From contig JAGMCR010000008.1 in the NCBI GenBank assembly GCA_023129115.1, positions 1 to 62,285 of the forward strand: DNA of 62,285 nt, written 5' to 3'. This DNA is from Candidatus Iainarchaeum sp. (lineage in GTDB: Archaea > B1Sed10-29 > WALL01). The translations under genes and the position numbers were made by a program. Positions 44,469 through 52,290 of the stretch are shown in pieces. The notes beneath the pieces are model-generated. The model was not told the origin of the DNA and ran no database searches. It worked only from the letters and a program-made list of their open reading frames with translations. Each line of letters opens with the position of its first letter. Within the stretch, counting starts at the first letter, position 1.

Positions 44469-45456
44469 GGGCCAGGGCCTCGCCTTTTTTTGTTGAGCTC
44501 ACAAACTGGAATTTTTTGTTTATTAGGCGTATGTAGCCCAGGATTACGCTAGACAAAAACGCCCAGTTCTCGTTCTCAAGTTGCAGGCCATAAGGTGGCT
44601 TGTATATTGAAAGAATAACCTTATTTGTTTCCATTTGTATCGTAACCCTCCCCCATCCCATCACCTGGAGCAAGGTTTTTAGCAGATTAAGTTTTTCGCT
44701 GGCAGAAGCCGTTTTTTCAATTATTTCGCTGAAGAACCCCTGGCTTATGTCTGGGACCTCGTCAAGCAGCAGATTATTGTTTGATAGGAGATGAAAAATC
44801 GTATTTTCTATGATGCATATCCTTTTCCCCCTGAAGTAAATCCTACTGTCCCTTACTCTAAAAATCCCTTTCTTAATGGCGTCATTTAGTGTAAACCCAT
44901 CTATTGGCGAAAGTTTATTTAGCTTATTATATTTTTCTTTGTCTTTTGCATTGAAAATTGGTTTCCCTTTGGTTAACCGAATGGTGTAAATGATTTTTTT
45001 GTTCTTCCCCACTACTTTGACAATCTCGGCATTTGAATTGAAAACAACTTTGGTTGTGCCCACAAAAAAGCCGGTCATCGCAGCGTTTGGGCCTATCAAC
45101 TCACTTAAAAACTCATTTTCAGTAATAAGCTTTATCTCAGTTCCGGAAATGCGGGTGTGTACATCTGTAAGAAGCCCCAAATTTTTCCATACCTCTCCAG
45201 ACATCAAAAATATGAGTCTCGGGGGGGAGGATTTTATTGGGGCGGGAATAAGTATGTGCGACGTTAGCCTGCCCCACTCGTCGCATATCTCTCTTAATTT
45301 ATCGCCTTTGCCTCTTCTCTCACAAGCTTGGGCGTATCTGGCGATTAGTTCCTCAAAGAAAAGAGTGTTTCTCCTCTTTTTTACTTTGAATTTATTTATT
45401 ACGCTGCCAACTGTGGTCTCCAGTATACCTCTGTGCAGCGAGTGAGAGAGCTTCAT
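44449..45456 (-). CDS. Putative double V4R-like (small-molecule-binding) protein
   Basis: IYFRGKRI, LLQVMGWGRV, FLSSVILG; N-terminal half with EWG..LGL..GFFVG. Confidence 0.55.
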   Translation of the reverse strand: MKLSHSLHRGILETTVGSVINKFKVKKRRNTLFFEELIARYAQACERRGKGDKLREICDEWGRLTSHILIPAPIKSSPPRLIFLMSGEVWKNLGLLTDVHTRISGTEIKLITENEFLSELIGPNAAMTGFFVGTTKVVFNSNAEIVKVVGKNKKIIYTIRLTKGKPIFNAKDKEKYNKLNKLSPIDGFTLNDAIKKGIFRVRDSRIYFRGKRICIIENTIFHLLSNNNLLLDEVPDISQGFFSEIIEKTASASEKLNLLKTLLQVMGWGRVTIQMETNKVILSIYKPPYGLQLENENWAFLSSVILGYIRLINKKFQFVSSTKKGEALALIFQIS

Positions 45457-45476
45457 CTGGATACCTCAAGTGAGGC

Positions 45477-46151
45477 CTAAATCACTTTTGTCTTGCCAAA
45501 TTTAATGCCCTTGCTCGTTATGTCTAATCTGTGATGGACTCTTGGGTCAAACCCGGTGTACCTCATTTTATAGATTGAGAGTGCGCGCATTGGCTTCTCC
45601 TCCACACCCATAAAGCTCAGGTACACGACCCCATCGCATTCATAGGCTTCGCCGTTTTTCGTGTCGAGTGCGTGGTCCAGGGTCTCGCAAATTAGGAGGG
45701 AGGCGGACGCTTTTGACTGCAAATGCTTTATGAGTTCAGACAAGTTTGCCCTGTACTCCCGTTTACTCTCGGCAAAGATAAGCAGCTTGTTCACGTTGTC
45801 GATTACTATGCGGTCCACGTCTGGATAAGAGGCAAAAATCTTTGTGAAAAACTCTAGGTCGACCATGTCTTTTATTTGCACTTCCTCAATCACCAATGTT
45901 TTTCCAAGATATTTCCTGGTCTTACTCAAGGATTTTATGGAATCGCATGCCCTCAGCAAATTATCTTTTCCTTCGTTCAATGTTATGTAAACGCACTTTT
46001 CACCTTTTGAGGCGCCATCAACCAAAAAATTTAAGCCAACGAGGGTTTTGCCAGTGCCAGCATCTCCGGACAGAAGCACACAGGTCTTTTCCGGAAATCC
46101 ACTCCCCAAGAGACGGTCTAATCCGGTTAGGCCAGTAGTTATCCTTTTCAT
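45477..46151 (-). CDS. Single-domain KaiC/RAD55-family ATPase
   Basis: ITTGLTGLD, GDAGTGKT, VIDN, DGVVYL, KMR. Confidence 0.9.
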   Translation of the reverse strand: MKRITTGLTGLDRLLGSGFPEKTCVLLSGDAGTGKTLVGLNFLVDGASKGEKCVYITLNEGKDNLLRACDSIKSLSKTRKYLGKTLVIEEVQIKDMVDLEFFTKIFASYPDVDRIVIDNVNKLLIFAESKREYRANLSELIKHLQSKASASLLICETLDHALDTKNGEAYECDGVVYLSFMGVEEKPMRALSIYKMRYTGFDPRVHHRLDITSKGIKFGKTKVI

Positions 46152-46156
46152 CTAAA

Positions 46157-46489
46157 TCACTCCTTGAATTTAGGTTTGCCAATACTTGACTCACCTAAGC
46201 GGACCACCAAGAACTTTTCCTTGTTTAGTTCAAAAACTCCCGCAATTGCTTTATGTGGCAGTTCCTCTTCCTCAATCCCGTACTGCTTAAGCAGCTTTTT
46301 TGGCAGCATTATACGGTAACTGTTTCCCAGCTTCCCAATTGTCAAAGAATTGTTTAACGTCTTTTCTCCAATAGGCAAACAAAGGAGATGGTGGTTCTCG
46401 GGCTTCAGGATGTCGTACTCCTCATTTGAGATCTTGAGTGTAACCAAGGCCCGGCGACCCGTTAGGTCAAAAGACTGGACAACTGCCAT
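46157..46489 (-). CDS. Hypothetical protein with AbrB-like motif
   Basis: KLGNSYRIMLPKKLL...GI swapped-hairpin pattern. Confidence 0.6.
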   Translation of the reverse strand: MAVVQSFDLTGRRALVTLKISNEEYDILKPENHHLLCLPIGEKTLNNSLTIGKLGNSYRIMLPKKLLKQYGIEEEELPHKAIAGVFELNKEKFLVVRLGESSIGKPKFKE

Positions 46490-46544
46490 ACGCTAGTTGA
46501 GGGGTTATACACATTTAAACCTTTTGGAATTACGTTTAAACAGA

Positions 46545-47699
46545 TTATAACCCCCCAAAAAAGGGCTCCATCCGCTCAATTGCCCCATGCAACTTTTCCC
46601 TAGGAACAGAATACGCAAACCGCATGTACCCCCCGCCGTTCTCGCCAAACGCTGTCCCGGGGACCCCAACAACTCTTGCGTCTGTCAGCAGCCCATCACT
46701 CAAATCAAATGCGCTTAGGCCCGTCTCTGTTATGTTGGCAAAGCAGTAAAACGCCCCCTGCGGCTCGATGCAGGAGACGCCCTTAAGGGAATTCAGGCCC
46801 TTTGTTAGGATGTCTCTCCGCTGTCCATATTCTTTTCTCATCTCTTCAACACAGTCCTGTGGCCCGGTCAGTGCTGCAACGCCCGCCTTCTGCGTCGCTG
46901 TGTTGACGCATACCACAGAAAACTGGTGGGCCTTGAACACGTTGGATATCACTTCCTTTGGCCCGATTGCATACCCGAGCCTCATTCCGGTCATGGAATA
47001 CGTCTTGGAAAAGCTGTTTACTGTAACCACTTTGTCTTCCACGCCGAGCGAGGCAAAGTTTGTGTGCTTTTTCCCGTAAACCAGCTTCTCGTATACTTCA
47101 TCAGAGATTACAACAATGTCCCTGTCGTTCACAATATCTGCGATTGCCTGTTGCCCTCTTTTGCCCATTGTTGTCCCCGTCGGATTTGAAGGAAGGTTCA
47201 AGACCAAGACTTTTGTCCTGTTAGTGATGAGCTCATTAAGCCTGTCGGCCATTACATTGAAGTTCTCTTTTTCTTTGAGTTCCAGCATTACGGGCTTTCC
47301 CCCGGCTATTCTCACTATTGGCCCATAAAGCAGGAATCCGGGGTCAGGAATGATTACTTCGTCACCCGCGTTAACGATGGAAGTAATTGATGCGAAAATT
47401 GCTTCACTTGCACCACTCGTCACAATGACCTGTGTCTTTGCGTCATAGTCCACGCCGTATTCATTCCCGTACTTCTCGCTGATTGCTTGCCTTAGCTCTG
47501 GTATCCCCATTGTTGGAGCATACTTTGTGAAGCCTTTGTCAAGCGCATCCTTGTATGCCTCTATCACGTGCCCTGGCGTGGGGAAGTCCGGTTCGCCAAG
47601 CCCAAGGCTTATCAAGCCCTCAATTCCTTGGCTCAGCTCAAAAAGCCGCCTGATGCCAGAAGGCGGTATACTGGATATCCTAGTTGATGCAGGGGCCAT
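46545..47699 (-). CDS. Class I/II PLP-dependent aminotransferase (AspC-like)
   Basis: GEPDF, PSNPTG, DEVY, SFSKTYSMTGMRLG, GAFY. Confidence 0.96.
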   Translation of the reverse strand: MAPASTRISSIPPSGIRRLFELSQGIEGLISLGLGEPDFPTPGHVIEAYKDALDKGFTKYAPTMGIPELRQAISEKYGNEYGVDYDAKTQVIVTSGASEAIFASITSIVNAGDEVIIPDPGFLLYGPIVRIAGGKPVMLELKEKENFNVMADRLNELITNRTKVLVLNLPSNPTGTTMGKRGQQAIADIVNDRDIVVISDEVYEKLVYGKKHTNFASLGVEDKVVTVNSFSKTYSMTGMRLGYAIGPKEVISNVFKAHQFSVVCVNTATQKAGVAALTGPQDCVEEMRKEYGQRRDILTKGLNSLKGVSCIEPQGAFYCFANITETGLSAFDLSDGLLTDARVVGVPGTAFGENGGGYMRFAYSVPREKLHGAIERMEPFFGGL

Positions 47700-47767
47700 T
47701 GCAGCAATAGGACTCTTTTGTTTCTTTTAATTGTTTGCTAAAAATGTTTAAACATTTTCGTATTCCT

Positions 47768-48070
47768 TCACCAGCACGCGGCGGGTTTCCTTGGCGCTTT
47801 TTTCTTTTTGTATTTCCGGTTAAGGAACTTGTAGTCGGCCGGCTGTGCATTGGCGTACGCCAGGTGCGGGCAGTTTTTTTCCAGGCAAATGTAGTTAGGA
47901 ATGCCTTTACAATAACTGGGCTTTCGGGGGGTCCGGTAGTTAGGGTCATAGCTCGTGTTCTTGACTTTTGTGAACGAGCCGTCGTCCTCCATCAGGTATA
48001 CGTATTTGCCTTTTTTAGTGCTCCACTTGCGGGCACAGTACGCTTCAATAATAACATGTGTCCAACACAT
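47768..48070 (-). CDS. Hypothetical Cys-containing basic protein
   Basis: Follows the toxin gene with a GTGA SD; no motif recognised. Confidence 0.45.
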   Translation of the reverse strand: MCWTHVIIEAYCARKWSTKKGKYVYLMEDDGSFTKVKNTSYDPNYRTPRKPSYCKGIPNYICLEKNCPHLAYANAQPADYKFLNRKYKKKKAPRKPAACW

Positions 48071-48074
48071 ACAT

Positions 48075-48443
48075 TCACTTCCGCTTGTAACCGAACTTTT
48101 TGATGTATTCTTTGTGGTCGAGTATATCCACAACAAACGCGATTATTTCTATTTGCTGCTCCCCCTCTGTCAAGGAATAAAACATTCTCCAGAAGCGTGG
48201 GAGCCCAACCCAAAACAAGTTAGTTATCCCGTACTTTCGCTTGTATTCTGCCGGGATTTTTGGCTTTGCAATTGGCCGGCCATAATGAAAGTTTGCTTTT
48301 ATCAATTCCACTTTTTTGTTGATTGCCTCAAGCATCTGCGGTTCCTCCACTCTTTTGCCTGGAGGCGCTTTGCCTGCTTCCCTGTTGAGATAAGTGTACA
48401 CCTCTTCTGCTTCAGGGGACAGCTTCACCCTAACTGTTTTCAT
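48075..48443 (-). CDS. RelE-like toxin (TA module 2)
   Basis: YGITNLFWVGLPRFWRMFYSL..DILDHKEY...FGY. Confidence 0.72.
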   Translation of the reverse strand: MKTVRVKLSPEAEEVYTYLNREAGKAPPGKRVEEPQMLEAINKKVELIKANFHYGRPIAKPKIPAEYKRKYGITNLFWVGLPRFWRMFYSLTEGEQQIEIIAFVVDILDHKEYIKKFGYKRK

Positions 48444-48724
48444 AGCTCAAGCCCGTGTGTTGCCGCGGCCAACAGCGTTGCATTGCGGTTGTGTATCCAC
48501 GTAATGCCTTTAATGCTGACAGCAATCTTATTGCTCTCCTCAAGGTACTCCAGTATCTGTATGAGGGTGTTGTGGTTCACCTGGCGCGGGAGGAGCTTCT
48601 TCAGCTCAGCCACTGTTAGCACTGACTTGTCCGAGCCCTTTATCGCTTCTTCCACCATTAACACGGTGTTCAACGTCGGCGAGTGAAGCATTTGCTGCAC
48701 TGTTTGCATACTCATAACAATCAT
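48440..48724 (-). CDS. wHTH antitoxin-like protein (TA module 2)
   Basis: HSPTLNTVLMVEE..ELKK.LPR.V.H.TL..ILEYLEES.K. Confidence 0.75.
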   Translation of the reverse strand: MIVMSMQTVQQMLHSPTLNTVLMVEEAIKGSDKSVLTVAELKKLLPRQVNHNTLIQILEYLEESNKIAVSIKGITWIHNRNATLLAAATHGLEL

Positions 48725-48804
48725 TTACATTTATGTAACTAACAAGTATATAAATATACCTATTCTGAATACTTTTTCGTCAGAACCCGCCGAATTTCCT
48801 TGAA

Positions 48805-49173
48805 TCACTTCTTTTTGTATTTGAAGAGCTTGTCGTACTGCTTGTGGTCCAGCAGTTCGATGACAAAACACACGACTTCTATCTTGTCGCCCCTTAGCGT
48901 GTACAGCATCCGCCAATAATTTGTGAGCCCCACTCGCCACAAGTTCGTCAGCGCGTATCTCTCAGCGAGTTCCTTCGGCCAGTACTCGCGGGGTATCTTG
49001 TCCCCGTACGTGGGATTGAGCTTGAGTAGCTCGCCCTTCTTCTTTATTGAGGCGAGCAATTGCATTTCTTCAGAGCTCTTGATGCCCCGGCTCCTTTGCC
49101 TGCCCACAACCGCGTTTAGCTTCTCGAACTCTTCACGTGCGTCGTCTATGATAAAAAGATTGACTTTTCTCAC
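48805..49173 (-). CDS. RelE-like toxin (TA module 1)
   Basis: TNLWRVGLTNYWRMLYTL..ELLDHKQY; GTG start overlapping the antitoxin stop. Confidence 0.72.
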   Translation of the reverse strand: MRKVNLFIIDDAREEFEKLNAVVGRQRSRGIKSSEEMQLLASIKKKGELLKLNPTYGDKIPREYWPKELAERYALTNLWRVGLTNYWRMLYTLRGDKIEVVCFVIELLDHKQYDKLFKYKKK

Positions 49174-49442
49174 AGCTGTATGCCTCTGTTCTTCATTGCC
49201 TCTATTTCTTGCCTTGGGGCAAACACCCAAACAATGCCTTTTGTCGTGAGGAGTACCTTCCCGCTTTCCTGGAGGTAGTCAAGCACTTGCAAGAGTGTGG
49301 AGTGCATGACCTTCCGTGGCAATTCCCTCTTCAGCTCTGCGAGAGTAAGTGGCTCGCCAGCCCCCTCCAACGTCTCTTCAATCATGAGCACAGTATTTAG
49401 CGTGGGCGAATGCTCCACTTTCTCGATAGCAACAGTCTGCAT
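49170..49442 (-). CDS. wHTH antitoxin-like protein (TA module 1)
   Basis: HSPTLNTVLMIEE; paralogue of 48440-48724. Confidence 0.75.
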   Translation of the reverse strand: MQTVAIEKVEHSPTLNTVLMIEETLEGAGEPLTLAELKRELPRKVMHSTLLQVLDYLQESGKVLLTTKGIVWVFAPRQEIEAMKNRGIQL

Positions 49443-49479
49443 AGGTATATACTTATACCTAACAAGTATATAAATATAC

Positions 49480-51693
49480 CTATTCTGAATACTTTTTCGT
49501 CAGAACCCGCCGAATCTCTTTCGCTTTCTTCGGCCCGATTTTCCCGACTTTCTTGAGCTTCCGCTCGTCCGCCTTGAACACTTTCTCGACCGTGCCGAAA
49601 TGGCTTAGCAAGTCCTTCGCCAGCAGCCCCCCCACGCCCGGCAAGCCGCCGACCAGGAATTCCTGCTGGTCCCTGTCAGTCATCGCGCGCTTGTCGCCGC
49701 GCAGGCGAACGTTCCGCTTCTGGTCCTCCTGCTCTCTCTTGGCAAGAACAGTTATAATCGCGGCCGAGTCCTCCACCCCAGTCGACCAAATAATCGGTAT
49801 CTGGAAGTCAATCGCAATCGCCGCCAGTGCCCCACGGATTGCGTTGGGGTGCACGTTCCGCACGCTGTATAGGTCTTCCCCCTCAATAAGAATAATGGGG
49901 TTGCGGAAATTGTCCTTCAATGCCTGCGCCTGCCCGAACAGCCGCCCATCTATCATTGATTGAACAAAATCGTTCGCGCTCTTCCGCTCCACAACCACGC
50001 GCTCGCTCACCAGGAAGTCCCCGACCGGCAGCTGCATCGGCTTAATCGCAATCCCGTCGTTGCGCATCAGCTCCCTAGTGATGCCACTCGCCCTTTCCCG
50101 GTTATCGACAAAGATAGTGACTTTCCCCGGCGTCGAAAACTCTTTCAATGTCTGCTGCTTCTCCGCGATTGGCGTCGAGCTGATTTCTTCAAGCGCTTCC
50201 TTCATGTTCTTCTCCTTCCTCTTCGAGGCCCAGTAATACGCCTCGTCGACCGTTCCCTTCGTGATAAGTACAACCACTCTCCCCGTGCCGTGCCTGCCAG
50301 TGCGGCCGGCCCGCTGAATCTTCCTTATCTCACTTGCCACAGGCTCGTAGAATACAACCAAGTCCACTGATGGGATGTCCAGCCCCTCTTCCCCCACCGA
50401 AGTAGCCACCAATACCTGAAAGCACCCGTTCCTGAACTCGTTAATCATCTCGATTTGCTCTTTCTGCCGCAGCCCCTTCTCGCCTTCCCTCGTGGTCTGG
50501 CCGACGAACCGCCGCGCAGTAATCCCGTTGTCGTTCAAGAACTTCGCGACGCGCTTCGAGCTGGTCCTGTAGTGAGTAAACACAATCGCCTGCCCCGGCA
50601 ATCCTTTGGGATTTGCCAGGTGCTCCTTGCCGCCCAATAACTCCAGCAGCTTCTCGATTTTTGGGTGATGGATTTCTTCGGCAACCGCTTTTTCCACAAG
50701 CACTTTTGCCTTCTGCATTTTCGCGCTTTCCCTCATGCGCTTCGACGCCTTTGTTTCTTCTTTCCAAAGCTTTTCGAAGTACTCGCGCACCTGATCTATT
50801 CCCTGCGCCTCCACCAATTCGTGCGCGTGGTGCAGCTTCATCAAGGCGGCGACGTGCGAAATCGCTTTCCACGCCTGCGGGTTCTTTCCCTTGATTTTCA
50901 TCAGGTACTGCTGCATCTTCAAGAGGTTCCTGCGGTTGTACCACTTGATGCTCGTGTTCTTAGCCATGCCCAGGCTCTTCAGCACCGTCAGCGACGCCTT
51001 CATCTCGCCTTCGATGAGCTCTTTTATTTCCGCGTATTCCTCGGGCAAGTCGACGTAAATCCACTCAAAGTCCTTCTCGTGGACGTACGGCTTGACGTCG
51101 TCGTCTTTTTCTGTCCGGACTTCGACGTTCTTGATGAACAGGTTCCCGCACACTTCCTGGATTTTTTCGCGGGACGAGCCCGGCGACGCAGTAAGCGCCA
51201 GCATGTGCCCCTTTGTTTTGCGCTTGTACTGGTCCGCGATGAAGACATAGGCATAGTCGCCAACTGCCCTGTGCGCCTCGTCGAACACGATGAGCGAGAT
51301 GTCGTCCAGCGAGACGTCGCCAGCGAACAGGCACGACTCAATCGTTTGCGGGGTGGCGAACAATACGCGTGCGTCGTCCCACTTCTGCCTCCTTTTTTTG
51401 GCAGGTGTCTCGCCCGTCATCATGTCCAGCTCAAGTATATTGGTAAAGTCTTCGAACGACTTCAAGTGCTGCGCCACAAGTGGCTTGGTGGGCGCGAGGA
51501 AGAGGATTTTTTTCTTTGGCTCCTGCGCGAGATAATGCAGCGACACCATTAGCGCGATTGGCGTCTTCCCGAGCGCGGTCGGAGCCACAATCAGGGTGTT
51601 CCCCTGCTCAATCGCCCGCGTGGCCAATAACTCTTGATAGAGCCGTGCCTCCATTTTCCCGGGCTTCAAAAAGGGGTGGTCGAGGTACTTCAC
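49480..51693 (-). CDS. hef: Hef helicase/nuclease (FANCM-like)
   Basis: PTALGKT, DEAH, TAS, EEGLD, QRAGRTGR, ERKS..D ERCC4 domain, HhH. Confidence 0.97.
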   Translation of the reverse strand: MKYLDHPFLKPGKMEARLYQELLATRAIEQGNTLIVAPTALGKTPIALMVSLHYLAQEPKKKILFLAPTKPLVAQHLKSFEDFTNILELDMMTGETPAKKRRQKWDDARVLFATPQTIESCLFAGDVSLDDISLIVFDEAHRAVGDYAYVFIADQYKRKTKGHMLALTASPGSSREKIQEVCGNLFIKNVEVRTEKDDDVKPYVHEKDFEWIYVDLPEEYAEIKELIEGEMKASLTVLKSLGMAKNTSIKWYNRRNLLKMQQYLMKIKGKNPQAWKAISHVAALMKLHHAHELVEAQGIDQVREYFEKLWKEETKASKRMRESAKMQKAKVLVEKAVAEEIHHPKIEKLLELLGGKEHLANPKGLPGQAIVFTHYRTSSKRVAKFLNDNGITARRFVGQTTREGEKGLRQKEQIEMINEFRNGCFQVLVATSVGEEGLDIPSVDLVVFYEPVASEIRKIQRAGRTGRHGTGRVVVLITKGTVDEAYYWASKRKEKNMKEALEEISSTPIAEKQQTLKEFSTPGKVTIFVDNRERASGITRELMRNDGIAIKPMQLPVGDFLVSERVVVERKSANDFVQSMIDGRLFGQAQALKDNFRNPIILIEGEDLYSVRNVHPNAIRGALAAIAIDFQIPIIWSTGVEDSAAIITVLAKREQEDQKRNVRLRGDKRAMTDRDQQEFLVGGLPGVGGLLAKDLLSHFGTVEKVFKADERKLKKVGKIGPKKAKEIRRVLTKKYSE

Positions 51694-51839
51694 GCCAATA
51701 ATTAGGGAGAACGGCTTTTAAATAGCTACAGCTACGGCTTGCCGAGGAAAGGAGGGGGACACCCCCTCCCTTACCAGCCCTCCCCCACTTGGCGCCTTCG
51801 GCGCATTTTTTATACTCCTTCCACCTCAATACTGCCTTG

Positions 51840-52289
51840 ATGCAGTGCGAGATATGCGGCTTGGAGACCAAGTACCCCAAGGTCATCATGGTCGAGGGCT
51901 CGAGAATCACTGTGTGCAGCCGCTGCACGTCCCACGGCACCCTCGTCGGCAACTACCAGAAAGGCCCCGCCCGGGTCTACCGCCGCTCGCGTTACAAGCG
52001 CGAGGAGCAGTTCGACATCGCGGCGGACTACGACAAGCTGATTAGGGACGCGCGCGGCAAGCACGGGTGGAAGCAGGAAGAACTCGCCCGCAAAATCAAC
52101 GAGACCACGTCGGTCGTCACCCACCTCGAGAAAGGCAAGCTGTCCCCATCAAAAAAGCTCGCCGAAAAGCTCGAGAAAACACTCGGCATAAAGCTAATAG
52201 AAGCTGTTTCTGACGAGCGCGTAGAGGTACAGCAGGAAAAATCTGGCCCCGTCACACTCGGCGACATCGTGAAAATCCGCAAGCGCTGA
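51840..52289 (+). CDS. mbf1: Multiprotein bridging factor aMBF1
   Basis: CEICG..CSRC, HTH QEELARKINE, TLGD. Confidence 0.93.
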   Translation: MQCEICGLETKYPKVIMVEGSRITVCSRCTSHGTLVGNYQKGPARVYRRSRYKREEQFDIAADYDKLIRDARGKHGWKQEELARKINETTSVVTHLEKGKLSPSKKLAEKLEKTLGIKLIEAVSDERVEVQQEKSGPVTLGDIVKIRKR

Positions 52290-52290
52290 C

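Larger units (their letters stand above)
48739..49515. repeat. 57-bp perfect direct repeat (hef 3' end + TA promoter), 720 bp apart
   Basis: CTAACAAGTATATAAATATACCTATTCTGAATACTTTTTCGTCAGAACCCGCCGAAT at 48739-48795 and 49459-49515. Confidence 0.95.

Noticed and set aside
50593-50622. BHB intron in hef
   Set aside because: A hairpin is present but no bulge-helix-bulge geometry could be drawn at its base.
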